Source: Paraphysomonas bandaiensis
Taxonomy: Eukaryota; Protista; Chrysophyceae
NCBI GenBank assembly: GCA_965644295.1
Contig: CBFFRP010000380.1
Location: 186,001-250,000 of the forward strand
Direction of reading: 5' to 3'
DNA length: 64,000 nucleotides
Part shown: one piece after another, positions 42,030 to 53,604 of the stretch
Layout: each line of letters opens with the position of its first letter
How positions within the stretch are numbered: position 1 is the stretch's first letter
Program-made: the position numbers and the translations under genes
The notes under the pieces: generated by a model
What the model was told of the DNA's origin: nothing
The model's input: the letters and a program-made list of their open reading frames with translations, nothing else
The model's database searches: none

Positions 42030-42460
42030 AAGAAAGTTCAAAAGGTAGTTGAAAAGGAAGTTCAAAAGGAAGTTGAAAAGAAGTTGAAAGGCAGTTCAAA
42101 AGGTAGTTCAAAAGGTAGTTCAAAAGGTAGTTCAAAAGGTAGTTCAAAAGGTAGTCCAAAAGGTAGTTCGCTTTTAGTTCATAAGGTAGTTCAAAAGGAA
42201 GTACAAGGAAGTTCAAAAGGTAGTTCAAAAGGAAGTTCAAAGAAGTTCGAAGAAGTTGATAAGGTAGTTCAAAAGGAAGTTCATTAGGTAGTTCAAAGGG
42301 AAGTTCAAAGGGAAGTTTAGAAGGAAGTTTAAAGAAGTTCACTAGGTAGTTCAAAAGGAAGTTCATAAAGTAGTCCAACAAGGTAGCTTGCTCTAAGTTC
42401 ATAAGGTAGTTTAAAAGGTAGTTTATCAAGAAGCGTTAATGAAGTCCATATAGGAGTTCA
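42030..42460 (+). repeat. CACTA left subterminal 12-bp repeat array (AAAAGGTAGTTC)
   Basis: Many tandem copies of aaaaggtagttc / aaaaggaagttc. Confidence 0.9.
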
Positions 42461-42725
42461 TTCGGGTGTGTTTTTATATATTAAATAAAAACACTTATTA
42501 TTACGATAGTTTTCACACCTTATAAACACGACTAAATAACAAAAACCAGAAAACTTAAATGCAAAAAAGGAAAAATATACGAACGAAAGTTGGCTTAAAA
42601 ATTGAAATCGTAGTAATTATCTCTTCATTTTCGAAGTGGAACGAAAGAACTGCTCAAGCATGCAACTAAATATCACTTCCTTCTTCTTGATGACTTTTTC
42701 CCTTTCTTCTATATGTATCAGGTTA

Positions 42726-45638
42726 TCAAAAGAGGCAAGTATATAGCATTACATTTGTGGGTGGCTTCGGTTTTCGTGCACTAGAAGTTTTCTTCTGCTG
42801 GGAAACGGAGTCAAAATCCGAGTAGTTGGAGCACTCGTCCTCGTCTTGGTACTCTTCTTTTGCCTTCACTTCATATTTCATATGGGTCCGCCTTCATACA
42901 AAAGTTTATATTATGAGTATCAATCATGTGCATTGTTATATATTTTTTGTACCTTCTAGGTGCACACGTGACACATATCGTCTGTTTCTCATCAGTGCTT
43001 CTGGAATCGAATGTCTCACGGTTCGCACAGTTACATGATACCTTTGCCCCGCAGCCCACACACTCTGTAATGTCCTCTTCTGTATTGAGCTCATCATCCA
43101 AGTCTATATATAACCCACAGTCACGGAAAGGACAAGCGCATCTGACCTGCAAAATGTATCTTATAAAAATTGTGCATGTAAGTATAAATATATATATACT
43201 TTAAAAATATCTACAAAACACAGTACGTTCTGTTGTTACTATTTTTATAAAATTAAACTCTACCAGTACATATATATATATAATATTGCTATTTAACTTA
43301 CCATGTTGGTGTCCACACAATACTCGCCTTTCCTTATCATTGCAGAGCTATCCATATTCTTACTGTAACTTCGGTAATTGCGTTGACAGAATCTTTTGAG
43401 ATCAAGTCTCTTTTTATCGACATCGTCAAGAGAGAAGATATGCACATTAATTTTTTCTTTCACTTCTCGAAGCAATAGATTGTCGTTCAAAATTTCCTTC
43501 ATCCCCAGCTCGATAACTTTGCGCGCATACATCATAATGAAGATTCCACAGTCGTAAGCGTTTTCTTGCTTCGGAACAAAAGTCTGATAAATCACAAATT
43601 TAGGATAATAGTTTGATATAGTGCTATATATATGAAATGTCTTCTTATTTAGCAATATGCATATTATAAGTGTTAGAAAAACTAAACTAAGTGTCATACT
43701 ACATGCATGCATTGTATGTAACTAACATAAAGTCACTTACACTGCAGTTAATGCATGATAAGCGGGTGAAGTCGCTTTGTGTACCAAAAACTTTATGCCA
43801 CTCAAATGCGAGATATCTACAAAGAGTTTGAAATATTATTAAATAGCAAAACGTTAGACATTACGAACCTTTTAATATTGAATGTTATCTCCTTGAATGG
43901 ATGCACCCCCTCCATGGAGTCGAAGTATAGAAGGTAGGACTGATGTTCGATTTCACCATTCGACTTGGAAATTGGATAAGAGTTCGGGCTACATGGATTC
44001 ACATAGCACATGAGGCTCCAATGGCCGGAGAATACGATAGGAAAGAATATGTAATCCTTTTCAAACACATTTTTACTGCGCGTAGTCCATTTGCGTACTC
44101 TCTCGTACGCTTTGGCAGACTGCTCCCCACCTATACTTGGTTCTTCTACAAGCTTTGAGTAGAAGCAGCTTGGAAAGGACTGTATCTTGGAGCATACAAG
44201 GTCGCACGCACTGGAAGGTGAATCGTTAGGGATATTTTCTATTCCTAACTGCCGAAATTCCATGTCTACCAGACTATCATTAAGATTCTTCTGGGGCTCC
44301 AAACGATCAACGTCACGGGCATAAATCTCTATGGCTCCAATAGCCTACGTATCGTAAATTATGACTGCACACTTAGTATTATTAGATCAGCAACCTTCTT
44401 AAATGCGGGGAATTTGAAAAGTGCTTTAGATCCATCATCAAGCTTAGGATCGACATACTCGTCTTGTAGGTCCAATACTTTAAAGGTTGAGGTTGGTGTT
44501 TCAGACTTTGACTTACTCAACTTTGTTGTAGGCAGGCTTGTTACCCCTTGATTATACTGTAACATATATATCATATTATACATATAAAACACATACATAT
44601 AACATATATATGTTTAACATACACATATATAATATAATATATATGTCATAATATTATAGCTACAAAGTTCAAATAGTTTTACACAAAATACATATGTCCT
44701 CAATATTTATCAATTTAAATCTTTCACTCATACTAAAAGTAAGTTCAATACAAACCTTATCCTCAGATATGGATGAATCGTTCTCCTTATCACTTTCGAT
44801 TTTGTCCGTACGCTTCCTTTTGCGACTACCTTTTTTTGTTCCCTATGTCATGCAAATATTTACAAGAGTAGTATAACATTATGAAGCGCACCTTTAGGCC
44901 AATTTTGTATGTGTCAACTACATGTAGATTAGTTATCAACCACCTGAAAATATCAATAATATGAACGTACATCTGTTGTTGCGGATCTCTTTAATCTTCA
45001 GATTTATTTGTGTCGTGATCTTGTCTGGATCACAGCCTGTAAAAATAGCACATTGATAAATGAGTGACGAATATATATATACATATTTACACACATTTAT
45101 ATATTTTAAATACATGAATTCATGCAAATATAATATATCAAAATATACATAACACAGGTATATATGTCAATAACATATACATATTTTTACCACGGACACC
45201 CAGTTTCTTGAGAAGCATGTGAGAAACAATGGGTCCAATTCTCCTAGTCGCCTTTTTGAATTCATGTTCACTCATCACGGCAAACTTGCCGTGAACTACT
45301 ATCTTACCATTCTCACGAATATCAGGCTCACTTATACAGTCTTGGAAATATGTGGAGACTATCGAGTGAAGTAAAGCACTCCATGTCTGCCTGGCAGGAG
45401 TTTTCCCTCTGACGGATAGATGCGCATCGAAGTCTTTTCCAATTAAATCTTCTTTGCCAAGAAACATAAGGGTACAAGTTCTATCGTCGAAGCCTTTCCA
45501 GAGATAAACCCGCGGGGGTTGATCATCATCATTATGTGGGACCTGGCATACACTGATGCCTTCTTCTATTCGAACAATTATATCAAGGATGGTGCTCAAT
45601 TTTTCACCCAACTCATTCAGTGTGTTAATAGGAGACAT
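42726..45638 (-). CDS. CACTA cargo gene: Ulp1/SENP-like C48 cysteine protease with Cys-rich C-terminus, multi-exon (ends approximate)
   Basis: FPSCFYSKL, YERVRKWT, VFEKDYIFFPI, catalytic GHWSL, YFDSM and QENAYDCGIF; C-terminal CxC/CxxC cluster. The 45138-45638 exon may belong to a separate gene. Confidence 0.78.
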
Positions 45639-45971
45639 AATAATATTATCTTATATTGGATGGGATGCCATTTGATGTCTTAATGATATGTATGGAAGTA
45701 TATAGAGAGGAATGAAGGTCCAAGACAACATACAGTCACTTCCATTCCAAGAACATACAATATTCTTTGAAGTTTGCAGTTTGAAAAGAGAGTGCGATCA
45801 GGCAAGAAAATCAAGGTTTTTTAGTTATACAGTACTGTATATACACACATATATATAATATGCTGTTTTTTGATGACCGATATTGTACAGTATATTGTGT
45901 TGGAGATAAAATGGTTTGACCTCATGACTATGATGATGGTTACTTACACAAAACTCTGTTGTTAAAATAAG

Positions 45972-48900
45972 ATGTCAGACAAATATACTCTGATTGAACG
46001 GCTTGTGTTGGCGTTGGATAGTGATGATGATGATTGTGCTCCGTCAACTGTTCCTCATCATCGTGATCGTCATGTCAACAGGATAAATACAATGCTACCA
46101 AATGACATACACACGACAAGTGAACCTGCACCATCAGCACAACATGACAGTACATCCAGTAAGTTTGATACATTTACATCTCCAAGATACGATGCCTTTT
46201 CTGAAGTTGGTGCTGTTAATAAATGGTTTGTTGGATCCCGGAATTTGAAATTGACACATCGCGGTGGATGTAGATCTGGATTAGGAGCCAATCCGCTGTT
46301 TCCAGGTGCAAGCACAAGAATGTCCGAACTGGCGAAATCTATTACAGTACTACGGCACCGATTTCGAGGTCAAATGGGAGATGAGTTGACTGGGGCGATT
46401 GTTGCCTTATTTGCGAAATTTCTGCCTGTAGATAATGCTATTGAGGTGGCACTACGAAAGAAGAACTCAACGTACATTCTCAATGATATAATAATTCAGT
46501 CAATACTTGAAGATAATAATCATATGCCCTGCTCAATATTTGAGAGGTATGGCTATACAGTAATGTACGTCCTTCAACTGAACTAACGCTATAATAGATG
46601 TGTGAACGGATGTCAGACTTTTGCAGGACACAGATCGGAGTACCGTTATTGTAGTAAATGTGGTGAAAAGCGCACAAGCGATCAGAAGTATTTCTACTTC
46701 CCACTTCAAGTACGTCTATTGAAGTTGCTAACTTCTTTCTTGGGGGCATTTTTCCACTATAACGAGTATATGCATTCTCGGACAGACGACACAATATCAG
46801 ACGTGTTTGATGGCATTCGTTGGAAGCAGTTTGAGCAAGAAATGTCCGAGAATGAAAAATTCGTTGGCATTTTGCTTGGGTGGGATAGTGGACAAAAATT
46901 TAATCGAGCACCAGGTAGGTAATAGCTATAACAATTATAAGTTTTATATTATATTTATATTTATTAGATATATATATTCCATACGTATACAATGAAATTT
47001 CGTTTAAACTTATCATAATTGGTCACTTCACTTACTAGGTGAATCATTCTCTCCCATCTTTGTGACAATATTGAATCTTCCTCCTTGTTTGAGAGACAAG
47101 TTGCATGTTGGTTTGTTTATTACATGCTTAGATGATGGAAATCATTACTGTGTTTGGGAAACTTTTGTCAAGGAACTGAATTATTTGTGGAGGGTAGGAA
47201 TAGTTGTGCGTGGCATTAGATACCGATTTGGAATTCTTACCTTTAGTCTAGATCGAAAGGCTACCGAGAGTTTGACTCGGACACAGAATACACAATCCTA
47301 CGCAGGTTGTAATGTGTGCCACTACCCTACCGTAAGGGTCGGAAACTCGCATTGTTTTACGGGGTCAAGGCGAGAATTATCACCTGATCATCCCAAGCGT
47401 AATGGAACGCCACGACATAAGCGGAAGACTGGTAAAGGGCTACAGTTTCGTCAACGTGAAGATGCTCCACCAACAACTAAACGTACATACAATGAGTATT
47501 TACGAAATGCCGAAACAGCTGAATCAAGTGCCAAGAGTGAGCCTTTTGATGGAGTACATGGAGTTTGGGCTTTAAACAAATTGGATTATGCCTCTTTGAT
47601 TCATTGGGGACAAGACGGTATACGTGGCATGCCACTAATCTGAGTCCTAAATTTTATACTTTTTTACGAGCTTCTATCTGTATGCAATAGTTTATTATGC
47701 AAAATAAACTTAGATAAAATATGTGAATATGTAATATATATTATTTGTGTCTTTTTGTGCTGTTAAACTTACCTAATTAATGTAGGCATGCATTTATTGA
47801 TGCACATAGTCGAAGACTCCATGAAAGTACTCAAACGAACTAGAGGGACAAGAAAAAACCGAACTACCACAGATAGTGTCTTGAAATGGTGTCGGGACAA
47901 CGACATTCATGGGGATTTGACTAGCCCCGGTATGATTCATCCAAAGTGGACACTCACTGGAGATGAAGAAATTGAAGTTCAAAAGACAATGCAAGATAAG
48001 CCCTCAGGAGTTCCGTGGACAATGCAATATCCTATACAATACAACGGCGGTTTTTATACGCACGATAAAATAATGTGGGCAGCAAACTACGCCGAAGAAT
48101 GTTTGAGAGGAAAAGGAGATGAACATGTAACCAATAACATCTTAGAATTGTTTGATATGGTCAAAACCGCTATTCAGTTTGAGTTTAGCAAGAAAGAGTT
48201 GAAAGAATCCATAATTCCAAGACTGATTGAAGTTTTGGTAGACCACGAGGGATTGTTACCTCCAACAGGTAGTAGTGAATCTTTACAAAAACTTCAACAT
48301 GTATATAACTGAGGATATATATATGTTTTTAATCAACAGAATCTACAGTTGCTTTTCATGCTATACTACATCTTTTCCGCGATATAGAGATCACTGGCCC
48401 ACCACATCAACTCTGGATGTTTAAATTTGAAAGACAAATAAAAGTCCTTAAAGGCATGATTCGAAACACACGATACCCAGTTGCATCCATGGCCAAAAAT
48501 TATCTGATAGATGAAATGATATGCGTTGATATTGCGACGTCGCTTCCCAATATTTCAGCATTGGACTATTTCTTGGACAATGCACCGAAAACTGTGTCTT
48601 GTACAATACAAGATCTGATCAGCGGTTTAAGTTCTTTGAAGTACATTGACGGAAAGATTGTTAGTTCATATGATTCTCAAAATCGCAAAAAATCTCCCAC
48701 TATTGAAGATATCGATCCCAACCTGATTACATTTTTAACTGATGATATTTGGAATCCCGAGAAAACATTGTTCACAGGCCTAGAATCGCCATCAGAAAGG
48801 TTGCTAAACTTGCAAATAGAAACTAATAACTGTATCGTAGTATGATTTATCATCATGACGACTATTAAATCCTATATTAATTACAACTCAAGTTCATTTG

Positions 48901-49377
48901 TGTACAGAATTTTGCCAGAGTACATTCAACAAAAATATGAAGAAGATATTGATAGTGACGAGCAAGATTCAGATTCGGAGATAATATCTGACTCTTCTGA
49001 ATCGGCTTTTGGTAAGAATATTTCTTGTAAACGGGGGTTATATTTATTTGATTGTTATAATAGAATATGATCATGGCTGGAAAGAAGTGCGAAATCGTCA
49101 AGATTCCAAAGTCGATGAAACATATATCCCTTATTATAAGAGTGCAGCTGAGAAAGTCGGTAAAAAGTTTATAAAAGTCGACACTTCCGAGAAGTATGTT
49201 ATCCGTAGAGTTGTCCAACACTCGGATTATGAAGACTTTTATTTTGCATCCGAGAAAAGCTCTGATCATTTGGGAAATCCACCCAGTACGAGTCAAGTTG
49301 AATTCTTTAAATGCAAGGAACTCATGACCACGAAGCGAAGAAAAAGGAAATTTGAATGGGTAGCACAGTCCCCTTGA
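45972..49377 (+). CDS. CACTA/EnSpm (Tnp2/TnpD-like) transposase, multi-exon
   Basis: FYFPLQVRL, SDVFDGIRWK, LGWDSG, ILNLPP, SLDRKA, GCNVC, QDG|MHL, WMFKFERQIKVLKGMIRNTRYPVASMAKNY (DUF4218-like). 3' exons less certain. Confidence 0.88.
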
Positions 49378-49609
49378 ATTTATATATATTATGATTTATT
49401 TAATCGATGATACATTCTCATTTAATTATATTTCGGCATACATATATATACCATATGAACTGCTTTTTCGTTTTTGATAATTTTGAAATTTCGATGGAAT
49501 TTGAAATCTATTGTATATAATATATATTGTACGTATACAGTACACTTCTCTACCTTATTATCAACTGTTATATTATAAAGTAATAATTATAACTAAAAAT
49601 AATGATGCT

Positions 49610-50045
49610 GTAACATGAACTTCGTTTTCTACTATACCTTTTGAACTACAGTAAATTTCACACTTCCAAATGAACTACCTTATGAACTTTCAGAAAATAT
49701 TAATAAAATTTGTAGGTTTTTAACTATTTTATGAACTGCTCTATGAACTACCTTTACAACTTCCATATTTTACTCATTTTTATGAACTACCTTACGAACT
49801 ACCTTATGAACTTCACCAAAACTGACATTGTAGCATGAACTACCTTATGAACTACCTTTTGAACTTTTTAAAAAAATTTCACACTCTTACACATTTTGAA
49901 CTACCTTATAAACTTCTTTATGAACTACCTTTTCAACTTTCACACTCCACACTTTTTTTATGAACTACTTTTTGAACTACCTTTTGAACTTTTTCGCAGG
50001 ACGTACTACCTTTTGAACTACCTTATGAACTACCTTATGAACTTT
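49610..50045 (-). repeat. CACTA right subterminal repeat array (GAACTACCTT)
   Basis: Reverse complement of the left array motif, many copies. Confidence 0.9.
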
Positions 50046-50404
50046 CTTATTTCACTAGTGACTGTATATACTTATATATGGACACTTTGAAGGACATTTT
50101 TAAGGACATTTTTAACAAAAATATAAAAAAAACACAAAAAAAATGTTGTGAATATAAATTTTAACAAAAAATGTCCAGAAAAATGTCCACTCAAAATATA
50201 CAAAAACACTATAAATACAATAATACAACACTACATATATTACATTGACGGACGGAAACCAAACATAAACACCGAACAACCACACCAGATAGACGGAACA
50301 ATAGACCTGTTTAACACTATATATAGACATGTCGTATTTTACTCCCTATTTTATATATGTAAGAATATAAAACAATTAAAAAAAAAATATATAGTTATAT
50401 TATA

Positions 50405-50836
50405 ATGTCAAAAGAATTAAAATATTTTCATTGTTGTGAAAATGTTGATTCCGAGCGTAACGGTAAGTACTACTACAAACATAAAAAGTACATTCATAAT
50501 GATCCATTTGACTGTCTAAAACATAAGTTAAATAGACCAGCTGATGAAGTCAATGATATAATAAGCAAACGGTTTGAAAAGGGTTTTTTAAGTAGCAATT
50601 TTTTTACTTTTAGACCAGCAAACAATACACCTGAATGTTACGATTGGCATGAAAAATTTATTATTAAATCAGGTTTAAGAGAAAACGAAGGTGATGATGT
50701 TCAAGATGAATTTTATCTTAAAAATAAGTTTTGGGAATCAGTTGTTTACATCATTGAAAATGACGGTGATAAAGAGAAAATGGAAACGGATAAGTGGGTA
50801 TATTCAATGAATGCTATTGATAAACTAACGTTTTAA
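50405..50836 (+). CDS. PLV hypothetical protein A (paralog of 51609-52085)
   Basis: KYFHCCENVD and YIIENDGDKEKM..KW.YS.N..DKL are shared with 51609-52085. Confidence 0.8.
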   Translation: MSKELKYFHCCENVDSERNGKYYYKHKKYIHNDPFDCLKHKLNRPADEVNDIISKRFEKGFLSSNFFTFRPANNTPECYDWHEKFIIKSGLRENEGDDVQDEFYLKNKFWESVVYIIENDGDKEKMETDKWVYSMNAIDKLTF

Positions 50837-50875
50837 AAACATTATAGAATTATATTTTTGTAATGATATATTATA

Positions 50876-51205
50876 ATGTCAAAGGCCGAAAGTAATAAAT
50901 TTTTCTTTATGGAAATGGAAGGTATAATTTTTAGTGTTAAACGTGATCACAAAACAAACGTACAGGACGAAATAGAACAAGACAAAAAGGAAATGAACAT
51001 TTTAATAAATAAACAGAATAGCATAAGAGAAAAAATATTAAAACTTAACAATAAAATAAGTGATAAAAAAATGTCTTTGTTAACTAAGAGGCAGCTATTA
51101 GAATTATACCGCAGCAAGAGACGTATACCGTGCTTGGATTTTTTCAAAAAAAATGTTACCGATGATTATATTGATGATGACACAGACAGCGACGAGGATT
51201 GTTAA
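50876..51205 (+). CDS. PLV hypothetical coiled-coil protein B (paralog of 51285-51569)
   Basis: MEGIIFSVKRDH..VQDEI vs LKGEVYSIRKTH..IQEEI; RQL motif in both. Confidence 0.75.
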   Translation: MSKAESNKFFFMEMEGIIFSVKRDHKTNVQDEIEQDKKEMNILINKQNSIREKILKLNNKISDKKMSLLTKRQLLELYRSKRRIPCLDFFKKNVTDDYIDDDTDSDEDC

Positions 51206-51284
51206 CAACAATTTAAATTTATTTCAATTATTACATATGTAAAAATATAAAATAATTTAAAAAAATATATAGTCATATATTATA

Positions 51285-51569
51285 ATGAGTGAGTATTTAT
51301 TAAAGTTGAAAGGAGAAGTGTACAGCATTAGAAAAACGCATATGCCTAAAATTCAGGAAGAGATAAGAAATTTAGACAGAGAAATAGAAGACATGAAAAT
51401 TACATTATCAGAACTTCAGAAACAAAAGAAAGAGTTACAAGTAGAGCTATTAAATGAACGGCAATTAATCATATATGAAAATAAAGACGAAGATAAAAGG
51501 ACTGAATTATTAAGAAAATATGATTTTCTACACGGTGAATATCGCAGTGATTCTGTAGGATGGAAATAA
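51285..51569 (+). CDS. PLV hypothetical coiled-coil protein B'
   Basis: TATAATG start context; similarity to 50876-51205. Confidence 0.75.
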   Translation: MSEYLLKLKGEVYSIRKTHMPKIQEEIRNLDREIEDMKITLSELQKQKKELQVELLNERQLIIYENKDEDKRTELLRKYDFLHGEYRSDSVGWK

Positions 51570-51608
51570 AATATTATAAAAAATAATTTATATGCTATTA
51601 TTATTATA

Positions 51609-52085
51609 ATGCCGCACAAAGATATAAAATATTTCATATGTTGTGAAAATGTTGATGATGAAACAAAAGGTGAATGCGTGGATGATAACGATATAATATA
51701 TAAACATCGTGATTGTTCTGACTGCAAAAAGCATAAATTGAGTAAAACAGTTGATGAAGTTCAGGATGTAATACACAGACGTTTTAAAAAACGTTTTGAT
51801 ACGCCTATGTTACATTATCCCTATGATGATGCATCAAAAAATTTAAATGTTTGGGCATTAGAATTTATTAATGATAATAATTTAAAAGAAAGAAAAAACG
51901 AAGTTATTACCAAAGATGGCCGTTATTTATGGGATAAACTCTTAAATGCAATTGAATACATCATAGAAAACGACGGAAATAAAAGAAAAATGAAAACAAA
52001 AAAATGGAAATATTCTTTAAATGTTGTTGATAAACTAATGTGTGATGATGATGATGATTGTGATGATGATGATATTATAATTTGA
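51609..52085 (+). CDS. PLV hypothetical protein A'
   Basis: Paralog of 50405-50836, with an acidic tail. Confidence 0.8.
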   Translation: MPHKDIKYFICCENVDDETKGECVDDNDIIYKHRDCSDCKKHKLSKTVDEVQDVIHRRFKKRFDTPMLHYPYDDASKNLNVWALEFINDNNLKERKNEVITKDGRYLWDKLLNAIEYIIENDGNKRKMKTKKWKYSLNVVDKLMCDDDDDCDDDDIII

Positions 52086-52095
52086 TGAGATGAAT

Positions 52096-52138
52096 TAAGG
52101 GATAAAAACGCGATAATTGTTCGCGAAATTATCCCTTA
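52096..52138 (+). terminator. Intergenic hairpin; candidate transcript 3'-end signal
   Basis: TAAGGGATAA-AAA-CGCGA-TAATTGT-TCGCG-AAA-TTATCCCTTA, 10 nt after the stop at 52085. Confidence 0.6.
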
Positions 52139-52178
52139 GATGTAAAATATATAAATATATTATGTAATATACTTATAT

Positions 52179-52409
52179 ATGGACGGCCTAGAATGGGAAA
52201 TAGACTATGATAATTATGAATTTCCAAAGAAAAATATTATAGACTTAGACAGAGTAATAAAATTAGACATACCAAAATTAAACAGAAATAATAATATAGA
52301 CACAGACATGTTGACTTATGATTTTGCAGAAATAAAAATATCTGATAATGTTAATGGAGAAAATACAGATTGTTCTAAACAGCAAGACAGCAAACCAATA
52401 CCTAAATAA
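52179..52409 (+). CDS. PLV small hypothetical protein overlapping the penton start
   Basis: 76-aa ORF with the element's tatatATG start context. Confidence 0.55.
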   Translation: MDGLEWEIDYDNYEFPKKNIIDLDRVIKLDIPKLNRNNNIDTDMLTYDFAEIKISDNVNGENTDCSKQQDSKPIPK

Positions 52410-53085
52410 TAAAACTACTGATTGCATTTTTATATTACCAAAGATAGATGTTAAACGACGTCATAAAGCCTATATATCAGTAATTGATGCCTCTATACCG
52501 TACTCTTTTTATAATGTTAATTCAACTAATAACACACTAAATTATACCTTAAATAGTATTCCATATTCACTTACAATTACAAAAGCCAATTATAATATTA
52601 GAACTTTAATAAGTTTTTTACAGTCCAATTTAGAACCAGGATTTACAATAACTTATAACTCATCAACTAATAAATTACAATTTACCCATAGTACTTATGA
52701 TTTTTCTTTTTCAAACACTTCAACCTGTTTTGAATTATTAGGATTTGAAGATAATACAACCTATTATTCAGATTCATTAATATTATTATCAACAATTGGT
52801 ATAAATTTATTTACAGTAAGAAACGTTTTAATAGCATCGTCTAATTTTGTTTTAAATAATATAAATAGTGCCACACCTAATAAAGCTTCTATTATTACTT
52901 CTGTACCTGTTGATGTTAACGCAGGATCTATTATTAATTATAAAAATATTAATAATATTAAGAGCTTAGTACATGATATACATAATATAAATACTCTACA
53001 TGTCCAATTATTAGACCAAGACGCAGATATATTAGAATTAAACGGTTTACATTGGTCTTTAAATTTATTATTAACTATTGAATAA
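52348..53085 (+). CDS. Minor capsid protein (penton, single jelly-roll)
   Basis: IVLNS..DCIF, ASIPYSFYNVNSTNN, ELLGF, IITSVPV, LHVQLLDQ..LNGLHWSLNL pattern of PLV pentons; lies upstream of the MCP. Confidence 0.82.
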   Translation: MLMEKIQIVLNSKTANQYLNNKTTDCIFILPKIDVKRRHKAYISVIDASIPYSFYNVNSTNNTLNYTLNSIPYSLTITKANYNIRTLISFLQSNLEPGFTITYNSSTNKLQFTHSTYDFSFSNTSTCFELLGFEDNTTYYSDSLILLSTIGINLFTVRNVLIASSNFVLNNINSATPNKASIITSVPVDVNAGSIINYKNINNIKSLVHDIHNINTLHVQLLDQDADILELNGLHWSLNLLLTIE

Positions 53086-53115
53086 AAAATATTTCTCTCA
53101 ATATAGTATATATAC

Positions 53116-53556
53116 ATGTCAAAACTAGGCAAAAAGCTAAATCGTAAATTTCGCAAACTAGGTCGCAAGGCCGATCACAGAATACATAAACTAGGACAAA
53201 AAACACACGACGTATTAGACAAGGTCCAACATGGAGTAAATAAAGGTCTTGATAAATCGGCAAAAGCAATTAACGTAGCAGATAAAATATTAGGCGTTGG
53301 CGATAAAACTATACACGCTATTAATGAAGCAGGATTAAATACAATGCCCGTTGTTGGATCAGCATCTAGACTATTGGAAGCAGGATTACACGAAGGACAT
53401 AAAGGCGTACATAAGCTACATAAGCTACATAATAAAGCCGATAAACACAGTAAAAAGGCATTTAAAAAGGCTCATAACGCAGGTAATAAATTAGAAAAAC
53501 ACAACACAAGAAAAGCTTTAGCTAAGTTAACACAAGATGATAGCACATTTATATAA
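53116..53556 (+). CDS. Basic His/Lys-rich protein; candidate virion core or membrane-active protein
   Basis: KLG repeats, amphipathic helical pattern, HKLHKLH; lies between penton and MCP. Confidence 0.6.
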   Translation: MSKLGKKLNRKFRKLGRKADHRIHKLGQKTHDVLDKVQHGVNKGLDKSAKAINVADKILGVGDKTIHAINEAGLNTMPVVGSASRLLEAGLHEGHKGVHKLHKLHNKADKHSKKAFKKAHNAGNKLEKHNTRKALAKLTQDDSTFI

Positions 53557-53604
53557 ATTATATTTTATTATACTATAAAAAATATTTATCTATTTATAGT
53601 ATAT

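Larger units (their letters stand above)
42018..50060. mobile_element. CACTA/EnSpm DNA transposon (8043 bp)
   Basis: Perfect 23-bp TIR CACTAGTGAAATAAGAAAGTTCA; 3-bp TSD ACT (42015-42017 and 50061-50063); subterminal repeat arrays; Tnp2-type transposase. Confidence 0.95.

Noticed and set aside
41983-42429. Repetitive ORFs (LLNY repeats, KGSS repeats) and a CRISPR-like array appearance
   Set aside because: These are translations of the CACTA 12-bp subterminal repeats; there are no unique spacers. The same applies to 49896-50090.
43293-44302. Ulp1 protease as the viral maturation protease
   Set aside because: It has introns and lies inside the CACTA TIRs, so it belongs to the transposon. A viral protease may lie beyond the window.
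50148-50405. 85-aa ORF in the viral terminal region
   Set aside because: Non-ATG start, low complexity, and probably inside the non-coding TIR.
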